The notes under the pieces: model-generated | Seen by the model: the letters and a program-made list of their open reading frames with translations, nothing else | Told to the model about the DNA's origin: nothing | The model's database searches: none | Source: Camelus dromedarius | Taxonomy: Eukaryota | NCBI RefSeq assembly: GCF_036321535.1 | Contig: NC_087436.1 | Coordinates: 46,626,001 to 46,690,000 of the forward strand | Direction: 5' to 3' | DNA: 64,000 bases | Program-made: the position numbers and the translations under genes | In this document: positions 51,065-64,000 of the stretch, piece by piece | Position numbering within the stretch: the first letter of the stretch is position 1 | Layout of the letters: each line of letters starts with the position of its first letter

Positions 51065-53363
51065 CTGTAAAAAACAATTATAAACACAAAAAACGAAAAG
51101 GAAGCAACATTTCAAATTGTCCCAAACAAATTTTATGATGAATCAAATGACAATCTGAAAATATAGTTGTGATACCTCATCATGGTTCGTATTTCATATC
51201 CCCACCACCCTCCTCAATAAATATATACATTGCTAGGCCTTGGGTCCATTACCCTTTCCCCTCAAAGGACAAAGCTACAAACCAATTTGCTAAACAACAC
51301 AGGATGCAGGGGAAAAAGTAAAGGAAATGTCTGTTATGTGAAAGTTAAAGTTAAGAGTTGGAATCAATTTCCTTTGGACTCTCACAACTGCATAAACATT
51401 TTTATGGGAAGAAGTTGGTGTGGATTTCCTACAAACCCTAATATTACCAAAAAAGAAGGTAGGGGGATCAGAAGCTGTTCATGCCTGGGAGGTGAGCCCT
51501 TGACCCCTCCAGAAACAGTGTGCAGAAGCATCTGCCCTGCACCTCTGTTTCTGTAGGAAATATCCTGACAGCAGGCAGGGGTGTTAACTGTAGCTGTTGA
51601 GCAAGTCAAACTTCACACTAATCACACAGGAGATCCTTGTTCGAAATGTACAACTTAGGCCCTGAAATCCTCTTCAAATTAAAGCATTAAGTTTGCTTTT
51701 ATAAAGTTCCAAATCCTTTCTTTTGCAATAAATCCTTGCAACCTATTATTAATTAAAGATCTGCAGGATCAAGGAAAAAAAACAGAAAAATTGTGTAAAG
51801 CTATTCACATTAAGAAAGGATTCAATACACCCTGTCTCCGCTGATGCCTTTAGAACTTCTCTGCTTTTGACCCTGCTTCTAAAACTTGTGGGTAAGCCTA
51901 GGCAGACTTCACTCAGTTTCCTCATCTGTAAAACGGAGTTACATCAAAGGGTTTGAAGGATTATATAAGAGAGTCTACTAACACAGTAACTGCCATTCAT
52001 GGTAAGAAGCACTGGACAAATGTTAGCTATTATTAGTTCAGAGTCTCAAGTTTCTTCATCTCTAAGGTGGGGATTACAAACTGCTCCAGAGGGTTGAGAT
52101 CTACTATAGTGCCTGACGTATCAGCAGACACAATGTGATTTTCCTCCTTTCCAGCTCCTGGACTCCCCCGACTCCCTGGAGGGCTCGGATCCACCTGCAG
52201 TCAACGTGATCTCCCTAGAACTCATCAGCCCCTTTCCTTCTGCTTTATCAGCCTGGCCAACCCACACTCTGAGTACAGAGAGAACTTTCATCTCACACAA
52301 CCGCCTTCATGATGACTTTGATATAATCCAGTACTTCTCACCTCTACTCACCCCCTCAAAATTGAATAAACAATAAAAAGGCTCTTAGGGTACCTAATGG
52401 CTTTGAAGACCTCCACATAAATATGCTACTATAATGCCTGTTACTTCACAAAAAGCTTACTTTAAGACTTAAGCTTCACAAGACAAAAAAAAAAAAAAAA
52501 AAGGTTTAACAAGAAGAAAAAAGGGTCGAGAAGATTTTAAGTCAGTGTCTACTAATACCTGCACCAGTGGAAATTACTCAACAGCTGGCTTCCACAGTGA
52601 AACAAAAGTCCTGAGGACTCTAGGGACAGTTGTCATCGGCTTTTGCTGATATGTGAACACTGACTTTTGGACATCTGTCTCTTTCTCTTTTTTTTTTTTT
52701 TGGACATCAGTCTCTTGATACAGCTACATGTTTGTGGTATTCTTCCTTGTAATTAGTGTATGACCTCTACTTATGCATCAAACAAAGCCATGTTTTAATT
52801 TGTACAATTGTATCTTCAGGGAAATGTCAGGTCTTTAAAAAAGCATACAACAGAAAACATACAGCTAGTAGTACCACTCCATTGCTACTGCTTTCTCCTT
52901 TTTAAAGGCACCTCTTGCTAAAGATGGTATCAGATTCTTTGTGAGAATACATCCCTGGAGGTTACCATGATGCATCGATTAGCATGGCCATCCTTTATCT
53001 CGGATGCTAGCCGCTTATTTGATGGGAAAAAACTCATGGTTACTGGTTACTGTCTTCTTGTTGTCGTTGCTGTTCCACGTATATATTAAACTGCTTATAT
53101 ACATTGGGACATCAAAGAGAATGTGTGCACAAAAAGAAAGACACTTCCCCTCCTTGCTGGTGGTACTAACCACACCCCTATCATGTGCAATATGGAGGCC
53201 CACACACTAGGCTCTTTTGAGGCCTGCAAATATTCCAGAAAATACAACACTATTGCTTCCCTTTATTTTCCAAAACTATCCATTGCTTCTCCCCACTCCA
53301 TACCCAAGACACCAGGCATTAGGAGCTATAGATGAGAAATCATACCAAAGAAGGGACCATAGT

Positions 53364-53508
53364 GGGGGAGGGTATAGCTCAGCGATAGAATGCATACAGA
53401 GTGCACACTTAGGACGCATGAGGCCTGAGTTCGATCCCCAGTACCTTCACTGAAAAAATAAATAAACCTAATTACCTCCCGCTAGCCCCCCTCCAAAAAA
53501 AAAAAAAA
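53364..53508 (+). mobile_element. tRNA-Ala-derived SINE (vic-1 type) in OSTC intron 3
   Basis: GGGGGAGGGTATAGCTCAG...GTTCGATCCCCAGTACC; TSD gggaccata. Confidence 0.9.
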
Positions 53509-54817
53509 GGGGGACCATAAATCCCTTCTTCTTAGAAAGTTAAATCTTAAGATTTAGCTGCACAACAAGTTACAGAAAGCAGCAATTCTCTGTTTAGACT
53601 ACTGTTCTGCTTTGATTACATCTACACATAATCTACACCTAAAACCCAGAGAGTATACTCTTTTTCTTATTGTTATCTTAGTTAACAATCTCAGACACTG
53701 GCCTATAGGATGGGGACAAGATAAATGTTTACGTAAATAATTGCAAAAGTAAGATGAAAGCAATCCAGAGATTTAAACACTTCTCAGAGCTTTTTTGTGA
53801 GCAGCAGATAGCTGTTATCCTGAAAGCCAAATGCTTGCACTAAAAGAAAAACACACATCCTAAGACTTAAACCCTTAAGGAAGAATAGGAAGCTTAAGTA
53901 GAATGGGAACAAATCTGGTTCTGTGAGCAAATCTGCCCACTTCTTCTGCTCTGCTATATGCCTCCAAAGGTTCCTTCTGTTTTGGTTGTTAACTTTTAAT
54001 AGCCTCTTTATGCTCTCTGGGAGGATATCTTTTCTTGTTTCACTATGAAAAACTTCAGTCTCTTCCTATCAGTCTACCTTTTCCAACAAGGGCAGAACAA
54101 AGAGGAACAAAAAGAGGAGGCTGGAATAAATCAGTCTTCAAACAATTTAGCAAATGGCCAAAGCTTTTCCAGGGACAAAAATAAGAGCTATTGGCAGAAG
54201 AGTCTGAAAGAGCCACATGGCCACACAGATCATCAGCTGACAAGGAACACTGCTCTCTTTTCCCATCCTGGAGGGCTAAGACGGGAACACGAGTGCAGGA
54301 TAAATACTCCTGACTTTCCAGGGGAAGCCTGTTCCCTCTATCCCAGATGTGTTATGGACACAGACAGCTTAAGCCACAGAACAAGTCAACTTGTGAAATT
54401 CAAACAAATTCTTGTATTCCCTCTTATCTCTTACAATAAAATCAGAAAGTATCAGTTTTAATAAATAAAGTATAGTTCCCACTTGATATTTAACATATTC
54501 CCTAAAAAATAAACTTTCTAAGAGTTAACCTTTTTATGTTTGCCCAAAGTTCCTGTAGTTACTAATGTATCCATAGGTGAAATCAGAGTATAGGGAAATA
54601 TGATCAGATCTGTCCATATTTCAAATGAATGATCTTAAATAGAATGATAAAAGTTGCCATATAATCGATTTACTTTTGTTCTAAAGATGGTGCAAGTTTT
54701 CTGAATCAAAATAATCATTATATATATGAAATCCTTTCCTCAGTTTTTGAAGAGTCAGTAACTCTCCATCTTGTCCAAGGCTTAATGGGTTTTCCTCACA
54801 TCAATATTCAAAGAGCA

Positions 54818-54943
54818 TAAACATATCTATGTACATGCATGACTGGGACATTGTGCTGTACACCAGAAACTGACACACTGTAATTGACTGTACTTCACTA
54901 AAAAGTAAAAAAATTAAAAAATTGAAACATTTAAAAAAAAAAA
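54818..54943 (+). mobile_element. Short L1 3' end
   Basis: TGCTGTACACCAGAAACTGACACACTGTAATTGACTGTACTTC plus A-rich tail. Confidence 0.78.
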
Positions 54944-55293
54944 CAGCAGCAGCAACTAATAGCTTGAAAATATTCCCCGCTAATAGTATTAATATGGGAA
55001 TTCCTTATGTCACAGATTAACCAAAAAGCACTTTGGAGAAACATCTCCAGCCAGTGGTCACTGATGCTACAATAAAATGACTGAATTTTCTCATGAACAT
55101 GTATGGAAATAACAGTCAGGAAGACCTATTGGTCTCAATTTTACTTCTACCTATAACCCTGAGCAAGTCACAAACTCCTCATCTGTTTAAATGAGGGGTA
55201 AATTAAGTCTCCTATGATTTTATATGATCCAGGTAATTATTTTTACCAGTTTTCAGGTTAAGTTGCTGATTACACAAAGTACTTAACAACTTA

Positions 55294-55557
<264 letters not shown>

Positions 55558-56535
55558 CTAGATTGAAATTCCTATTCCTGCTAAAAATGTTTGTGCTTAT
55601 TTTTTATTCTTACCTTTACAACTATTTTCTATTTCTGGATATCATTTCAGCAAGCATCTATGCAGAGTCTATTACGTATCAAGCACTGTTCTAGGTTCAG
55701 AGGGTACAACAATGATCAGGAGACAAAAATCTTTGTTTTCATGGAGCTTATGTTCAAAAAAAGTTTTTAATTTTAAAACTTCAACTAATGCAACTGTCTC
55801 TGTAAAATTAAAACTTATTAAAAGCCAACTATTGTATGACCCTTTAACCAGAACTTTAGGTTTTAAAAGTTCTCCTATTTAAATTTCTACTATCAATTTC
55901 AAATTAATTTTGAATTGGTTAGAAATGTTTCCTGAATTTTATGATAATAAATAAGCCTCTTGTTTCAAAGGGAAGTTTTTTACAAGCAAGTGTTCTTAAC
56001 TGAGGCTTTATGAACCCCACAAAGATTTCCAGCAATCTATAAAGCCTTATAACTATATGCAAATTTTTGCATATATATGTATCTGATTTTTCTAGGGATG
56101 AAAAGCTTTCAAAATTCTTGGAGCTCATGGACCCCAAAAAGCAAATCACTCTATTAAAGATATGATTTATACATCAGCATATGTAAAGAAGAACTAATTG
56201 TATTAACTGAAAATCCAACACATATAGCAGTTCCAGAATCCAAACAAATGATGACACTGTCAAAGGTCTCCCTACCAACAAGATCTCCTGGCATCGAGAT
56301 CCCCTCCACAGAGAATCACAGTAATCCTTCCAGGAATATTCTACGCAAGGAATACCATTAATGTAAGTGTAAATACAAATATACAGCTACATTTAGGGAG
56401 ACAATTACCAAGAAGTTTTTAGAAGGCAATACAACAAGCATTTCTCAGATGAAACAAACCACACTGCAATGGTGTTCATTGCTGACATAGAACACACAAG
56501 GTTCAAACATCAGTTTTCTCATTTAACAGTTTATT

Positions 56536-56727
56536 CAGGGGTCTACAAATTTTTTCTTAAATAATCAGACTGTATATATCTCAGGCTTGCAGGCCATATG
56601 GTTTGTGTCACACTTAACCACTGTAGCTTGTAAACAGCCATAAACAATATAGAAACAAATGTACGTGCCTAATTCCAATAAAGGCTGACTTACAAATAAA
56701 CAGGTACCAGTGGTTTGATGAGCCCCA
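56536..56727. mobile_element. MER58-like hAT DNA transposon
   Basis: CAGGGGTCTACAAATTTTTTCT...GGCTTGCAGGCCATATGG...TTCCAATAAA. Confidence 0.7.
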
Positions 56728-57006
56728 GAATAATCTATAAATGTATTTTAAACTGATACCCTCCCTTATATACGTGGTCATGCCAATCACTGTGAAATAT
56801 TTTATTCCCTAATGAATGAGTAAATGAATAATATACTTCTACTCTTGTTCTTGTCCACTTCCTGCAATCTCTGAATTTAGCATTTTAAATTTAGCTATTG
56901 TCTAAATACAGATGGACCCAAGCGGTCTCACTGTATTTTTAAATAGGTAGGCATCCCCCGGCAATCTTCTTTCCCAGCACCAAATCATTCAGAATGTTAT
57001 CTTTTA

Positions 57007-57141
<135 letters not shown>

Positions 57142-57427
57142 TTATAACACAGAATTACAGTTTTCATCTGTCTCTAAAGGTTCATTTATATTTAAATAGG
57201 ACTGCAATGATGTATTATTGTCATCAAATGAGGCCCAGCTTATCCCTGATAAACCATTTATTCAGATAAACCACTCAGAAATTCAACTCAGTATTTTATT
57301 TATTTTTTTATTGACGTAAAGTTGATATACAATATGATATTCAACTAAGTATTTGAGAATGACTTTTAAACAATACTATCTCTAAAAGAGGTATTTCATA
57401 AAAGAAATTTATTCAGTAACTGTTTCT

Positions 57428-57515
57428 TTTTTTTTTAATGGAGGTACTGGGAATTGAACCCACGACCTCATGCATGCTAAGGACATGCTCTACCACCGAG
57501 CTATTTCCCTCCCCC
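57428..57515 (-). mobile_element. tRNA-Ala-derived SINE (vic-1 type) in OSTC intron 1
   Basis: Perfect 13-bp TSD agtaactgtttct at 57415-57427 and 57518-57530. Confidence 0.92.
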
Positions 57516-57819
57516 AGAGTAACTGTTTCTAAACTCAAGAATGACTCCACAATAAAGGAGATTTAACATTAAGTTCATTTTAGTTCAAGAAAATATTCCA
57601 CATATGCTTGGATTTGTTTCAATAAATTGAGAGGTAACTAGAGAAATCTTGCTTAAAAGTAAAATGAGACATTTTAAAATCACACCATTAGGCAGACTGG
57701 CAATACTAGAGATTCATGATCATTAATGTTGATATCCATCATTGTGTCGTAATCATCATGATTATTAATATTAATGTCCATCAACATTAACAGTTTTCCC
57801 AGTCTTCCACTGTCAACAT

Positions 57820-59690
57820 CTATTCTTTATCTTTTCCACTAGTTTCCACCATCCTCACTTCTAGCTTTCACTAAGCATAGCAAGACTGTCTCCTTTGGCC
57901 CTGACTAACAATCACATAGGGATTCCCTAATCCCCCCCCCCCCTCGCCAAACCTACAAAGTGGTATCTGCACCCAGCCTCACCTCCTTCCCTCCAGCTAC
58001 AACACAGGAAGAGTCCCTCCCCTTATCAATGTGGGATCCTTTTTGCAATAATCAGGACTCGGTCCCCTCTTGCCTCTTCAGAGACTTTGTTCCTTTGGAT
58101 ACCTCAGTCCTGTATTTTCAACCTCTTGTTCCCTACATCAACATTCCCTTGACTCTAGATCCTCCTGGTTAACATCCCATTTCTATGCTTCCTTTCTGAA
58201 AAATAGGCAGGTTTCCTTCCAGGGGAAAAAAACAAAAACATAAATTTGCTGTCTCCACATTCTCACCCTTCATTCAACACCCTCCAATCTGGCTTCTGTC
58301 ACCACTGATATTACTCTTGCCAAAGTGGCCAATGACCTCCATATTGTCAGATTCAAAGGACACTTTTCAGCTCTCATCTTAGGAAGCTTCCCAGCAGGAC
58401 TTGATCCAGTTTACTAAGGCCATTTTCTTGGAGGAAAAAAAATGGCTTCTCATGGCCTTTGTGACACTCCTGTCCATGTTTTCTTGCTACCTCTCTAACT
58501 GAGCCTTCTCTTCTAGGGAAGCACTAAGTGTACGGCATTCCTTAGGGCTTGATCCACTGTCCTCTTTTCCTACATTCTCTCCCCAGTTGAACTTATTCCT
58601 TCAGGCTTTCAACTCTAATAACTCTCAATGTGCCAACACCTATCAAATAATGTTAGCACCATTAAAATTATATTTTATAATATATTTTATAATAACTATA
58701 AATGGAGTATGACATTTAAAAATTGTGACTCACTATGTTGTAGACCTGAAACTTATATAATGGTGTAAATCAACTATACCTTAATTTTTAAAAATTAGCT
58801 GTAAGCTACCTAAGAAGAGAAAATTTGTCTATGTTCTTCAATATCTGGCTTGTGTGAGGAGTTCAGAAAACATGTGTTATTGACTAACATAAACCTCTTT
58901 TCTCAGTTCTAGACTCCTATCTGCAAACTTGATATATCCAACTATTTACATTTGGCTATGTCCAACTATGATATATTCCAAAAAGATCTGGATTCACCAT
59001 TCCCCACCAAAAAAACTTCATTTCTTCAGTCTCAGAAAATTACACTTCCACCTACTTGTGCTTAAATCAGACACCAATAAGATTCCTTCACACTTCATTC
59101 TCCTCCTACATCCAATCAATCCATCATCAAGATCTACTGAATTTTGGGGGGAGGGTGTAGCTCGGTGGTAGACTGCATGCTCAGCATGCACAAGATCCTG
59201 GGTTCAATCCCCAGTACCTCCATTAAAAAAACAAACAAATAAAAAGATCTACTGAAACTACTTCCAAAATATCTTTCATTAAATTTTCCTCCATCTCTGC
59301 TGCCACCAACGTCGTCTAGTATAAATGAACCACAAAACTCACCTAACTGGTCTCTCAGTCCTATATAGGTCCATACTTTTCCCTCTGCCTAGCATACCAT
59401 TTCCCCCAGTCTTTCTGATCTTGGCTAACATGTCACTTCCTCAGAACCGCACTCCAATGTAAATGATGTTCCCAACTCCCATTATTGTCTCATAACCTCT
59501 TGTTCCTTTCCTTTAATGCATTTGTGGAAGTTCGCAATGGAAAAAAATGTATGTGATATTTAACATGTCTCAACCATGACATTATAAGCTTCAGAAGGGC
59601 AGGGCCCTTACCTGTTTCATTCACTGTTGTCCCCAGTACCTAGTGCCTGGAACTTAGTAAGGACTCAGTATACTATTTGCTGAATATTTC
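57820..59690 (+). mobile_element. L2 LINE remnant, interrupted by an L1 tail (~58700-58795) and a SINE
   Basis: CTCCAATCTGGCTTCTG...CCAATGACCTCCATATTG and the 3' end ATAAGCTTCAGAAGGGCAGGG...AGTGCCTGG. Confidence 0.75.
59146..59243 (+). mobile_element. tRNA-Ala-derived SINE (vic-1 type)
   Basis: Perfect 13-bp TSD aagatctactgaa at 59129-59141 and 59244-59256. Confidence 0.93.
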
Positions 59691-60897
59691 TCAGTAATAA
59701 ATATTGTTTATTTATAAAGGTATACCCACAGTTTTTACAAGAGACTCCTTTCCAGTGGCAAACCAATTCCCTGAATGAGACAGCTTGGCCACTAAAAGAT
59801 TTCCTTTTACTTTCCCTGGAAATTGGGGCAAAGAATCTCCCCATTACAATAATCCAGGGGGAAAGTGGCCAGAATGAAAACTGTGAAGCTTCTAGCAAAG
59901 GCCCTGGCTCCAAGAGAGGTAGAGTTACAGAAAAGATTTCTAGCAGATGAAGACTTATTTTTTTTAAATGCACTTAAAATTTTGTTTATTCAATACAACA
60001 TCTATTAATGTGCCAAGCAGATGTTAATGCTAATGCACTGCTAGGATAATATCTTACCAACGTAAAAAAATATCTAAAATGTAATTCATTTAAATAAGTT
60101 AACTGTTACTATTCTAGATTTGGGAGGAGGGTAAATCCAAAGGTACACCCTAGAACTAAGCCCACATAATTTCTGACGCTTGTCTCTTCAGTGCCAACTA
60201 TTCTCACAAAACATCTATGAAAATGAAGATGTCTATGACTATTGCCTTAAAAGTAAAACCATCTGCTCTTCCTTTCCCTAATCTATTTTTATAATTGACA
60301 AATTAAATACCCCACTTCCCAAAATCTAAAAGTGCAGTAGCACACAGCTGAGTAAATCACAGAACCGCGGCCTGAAAGGGTGGTGGCTATGAAAAGACTG
60401 TAGCCTGATTGCCAGCTCACCACTATACAAAGAGACGCCCCTTCTGCAAGGGACAGGATAAGATGATAGTGCAGCAGTGTTCAACAATAATGCTATTTTC
60501 CTTATTCTTTAAATTCTCGACTTCCGCTCTTTGAAGTAAGATAACCTTCCGCAAATCTATCCTCAGTCTCAAATATTTATCCAAACCGTGGTTTCAGAAG
60601 TTCCCATTCATACTTATTGTTGACTGGGGCAAAAGCAACACCAAACCCTTAGGTTAGTTAGCTCAAACCTAAGGACTGTCAACTCTCTTTCAAGGATTCA
60701 GGGTCCGTAGACAAAGAGAAGGTAAGAGAGTCCCACACTCTCTCGACCAACTGTGGAAGTAGAATGGGCCAGAAAAGACTTTCCCAGGACCTCCGTCAAA
60801 CAACTTATGGCATGCAAAAAATAAATAAATAAAAGAGAGCAACAATCTGGGCTTGAAAAAGACATTATTCGACTCGGATCGCTTGGCTAAAAGATTA

Positions 60898-61461
<564 letters not shown>

Positions 61462-62424
61462 CTATGTACTACTGAATCTTGCGAAATATTAATTTGAATG
61501 AGAAGCTCAGTTATTGCCAATGTATAAGCAGGTGATTTATGTACCTTCAAGGACCTACAGGGCTTCAGACGTGGCCAAGCTAGAGAAGCAGGAGGAATCG
61601 AATCCTTCTGAGCCCCTCCCACTTGCGACGGTGGGGATTTGGAAGCTGATTGGACGTGGGATGCTCTAGGTTCCCAGAGCGGGAGGATGAATGGGGACGT
61701 TTGGAAAGCTCTGCCTTTTTTGTTACCGGATTTTTCAAGAGCTTGAGAAAGTCCTATGTTGCTGAGCTTTTCCTTCCTGAAGAAATAGTGGTGATAGTAA
61801 TGATAACAATCGTCACTTATAATTGGTAAATTAATATATTATAAAATTTAAAAATATGTACCCAGTTTAGATCTATCGCAAATGTCAGATCATCTCCACA
61901 AGATGCCTAAAGCAGATACCTTGATGTGACCAAAATACTATTTTAAATAACCCGTGTCTTCCCCTATTTTCGTAAATGCTATATCTACATTTAAGTATGT
62001 AGTAGAGAGGAATTTTTTTTTTTTTTGGTCAGATAATAAGATACAGTTTTAACCTAGACTTGTTTCCAAAGACATTTTGCAGTTTAGATGACAGTCTCTT
62101 GAACTATGCTGTTTTCCTCTCGGTTTCCTATAAGCAGGACTATGTTATTTTCCCCAGCTCAACCAGTATTTTTTGAGGGGTAATTCTATGCCAGGCACTG
62201 TGTGAGGTACTATTATGTCTCATGATCTATACAAACTCTTTCAGATGCAATATTAAGTTGTGGATTTTGTCGTTATTATTGTCATTTTAAACTTTTAAAA
62301 TTAAAATTTGCAAGTAAAACATAGGTACATGCCCACTGTAACCACAGAGAACACATGGAACAAGTTCCCTTTCATCACTGCTCTCACTTTAGTTCTCCTT
62401 CCAGAGGTAGTGAGGACACTGGGA

Positions 62425-64000
62425 TTAGCTCTGGAATGCATGATTGGAATAAACATCCTCAGATATGAGAAGACTCCCCACCTTGGTTTCTGACCCACAG
62501 AGTGAGGACTCTAGTGGTGGGAAAGGCTAAATGGAGCCAACAGAACTGCCTTTCCCTCCAAAATGATAAATCAGAAGTGACTACACAGGTTGATGCCACC
62601 CTCAAGGACTTGAAAGATGCAGGGTGGCCATTCCTACCACATTGCATTCAGTTAGCCAATTTGGCCCTTGTGAAAGAAAGATGGATCTTGGAGAATAGCA
62701 GTGCATTAATGTAAACCTAGTCATGTAATGCTTCCAACTGCAGCTGCTGTTCCATACATGGGTTCATTGCTGGAGCACATCACATCCCCAATAGTCATTA
62801 GGTAGCTATTGATCTGCCAGATGTTTTTTGATCTACACACTGGTAAAGACCAACAGAAGAAGTTTGTTTTCAAATGGTAGGGTCAGCAGTACAACTTCAC
62901 AGCCCTATCTCAGGACTATATCAAATTTCCAACCCTATGTTATAATTTGATTTGTGGGAAACTCTATTGCCTTTTCATTCACGGGATATCACACTATACC
63001 ACTGCATTAATATTATGAAGATTAGACCTAGTGATCTAAGTAGCAACAACACTAGATACATTGGTAAGACACACACTTGACAAAGAATGGAAAATAAGCA
63101 CAGTAAAAGATCAAGGGCTTCTCAGTGAATTTTCTAGGGGTCTAGTAGTTTGTAACATGTGAGCTATTCCTTCCAAGGTAAAGGATAGTTGCTGCATCTA
63201 ACTCCTCCTTCCACTTAGAAAGATGCACAATGCTTAGGGAGACACTTAGGACTTTGGAGACAACATATACCTCACTTGGTCATGTTATTCCAATCCATTT
63301 AGTGAGTAATCCAATAACCTGCTGATTTTGAGTAGGACCCTGTACAAGCAAAGGCTATGCAATAGGTCCAGCCTTCCAAGCAAACTGCTCTGTCACTTGG
63401 ACCATATGACTCAGCAGATCCAATATCATTTGCATTGTCTGTGGCAGATAAGGATGCTCTATGAAGCTTTTGATGAGTCCATTTAGGTGAATTACAGCAT
63501 GGAGCCATAGGGTTTTAGCGCAGACCTATGCCATCCTCTGCAGATAAATAATTTCCTTTGAGAAATTAGCCTCTGGCTTGCTTAGTACAGACTAAGCTAT
63601 TGACCAAGGGTGACAAGTTACCATGAAACATGGACCGGTCATCACCAATTTGGCATCATCTGACCTATCAACCCATAAACATGGGTGTCCACAGCAGTAT
63701 TCCATCATCAAATGAAAGTGTTATGCAGGAGATCAGGCTCGAGTCAGTCCTGAAGGTACATGTAAATTGCATAAGAAACAATCCAGATGCACATGGCCCA
63801 CATTCCTGCCACACGGCCTCTTCTCTCTCAGCCTATACATATGGCATTATGGAGAGTGCCCTATGATAGGTTAACTGAAGATGAAAAAATGGGCGCCTGT
63901 TTTACAGATAGTTCTGCATAATGTGTTGACACTACCTGAAAGCAAATGGCTTTGCATTACAGCCTCACTTGGGGGAAGCCTCACCTGAAGCAAGTGATGA
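62425..64000 (+). mobile_element. Degenerate ERV-L pol (protease end, RT, start of RNase H), running off the window
   Basis: Remnants ECMIGINIL, VVGKAKW, ATLKDLKDAG, P.AAAVP, Q..F.F.W.GQQY.FT.L.Q.Y and FTDSSA match HERV-L/MuERV-L pol; many stops and frameshifts. Confidence 0.88.

Overview
This is mammalian genomic DNA, most likely camelid (camel/alpaca), judged from ten tRNA-Ala(AGC)-derived vic-1-type SINEs and artiodactyl-type L1 tails and LTRs. The window holds two convergent genes. The last five coding exons of ETNPPL lie on + (401-4597), and the complete four-exon OSTC gene lies on - (CDS 61275 to 51046, 450 nt, 149 aa) with a CpG-island promoter. Between their 3' ends is about 45 kb of repeat-rich intergenic DNA containing L1, L2, MIR, MaLR, ERVL, ERV1-type LTRs, hAT DNA transposons and microsatellites. 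Almost all entries in the supplied ORF track are spurious. I see no evidence for a novel gene system. The observations worth checking are small-scale: two apparent templated insertions, two orphan polyadenylated retro-inserts, a 5S-like/hairpin element in OSTC intron 3, inverted SINEs bracketing an ETNPPL exon, orphan CpG clusters and XBP1-like motifs at the OSTC promoter. Repeat family names come from my recollection of consensus sequences, not from a database search, and repeat boundaries are approximate unless a TSD is given.
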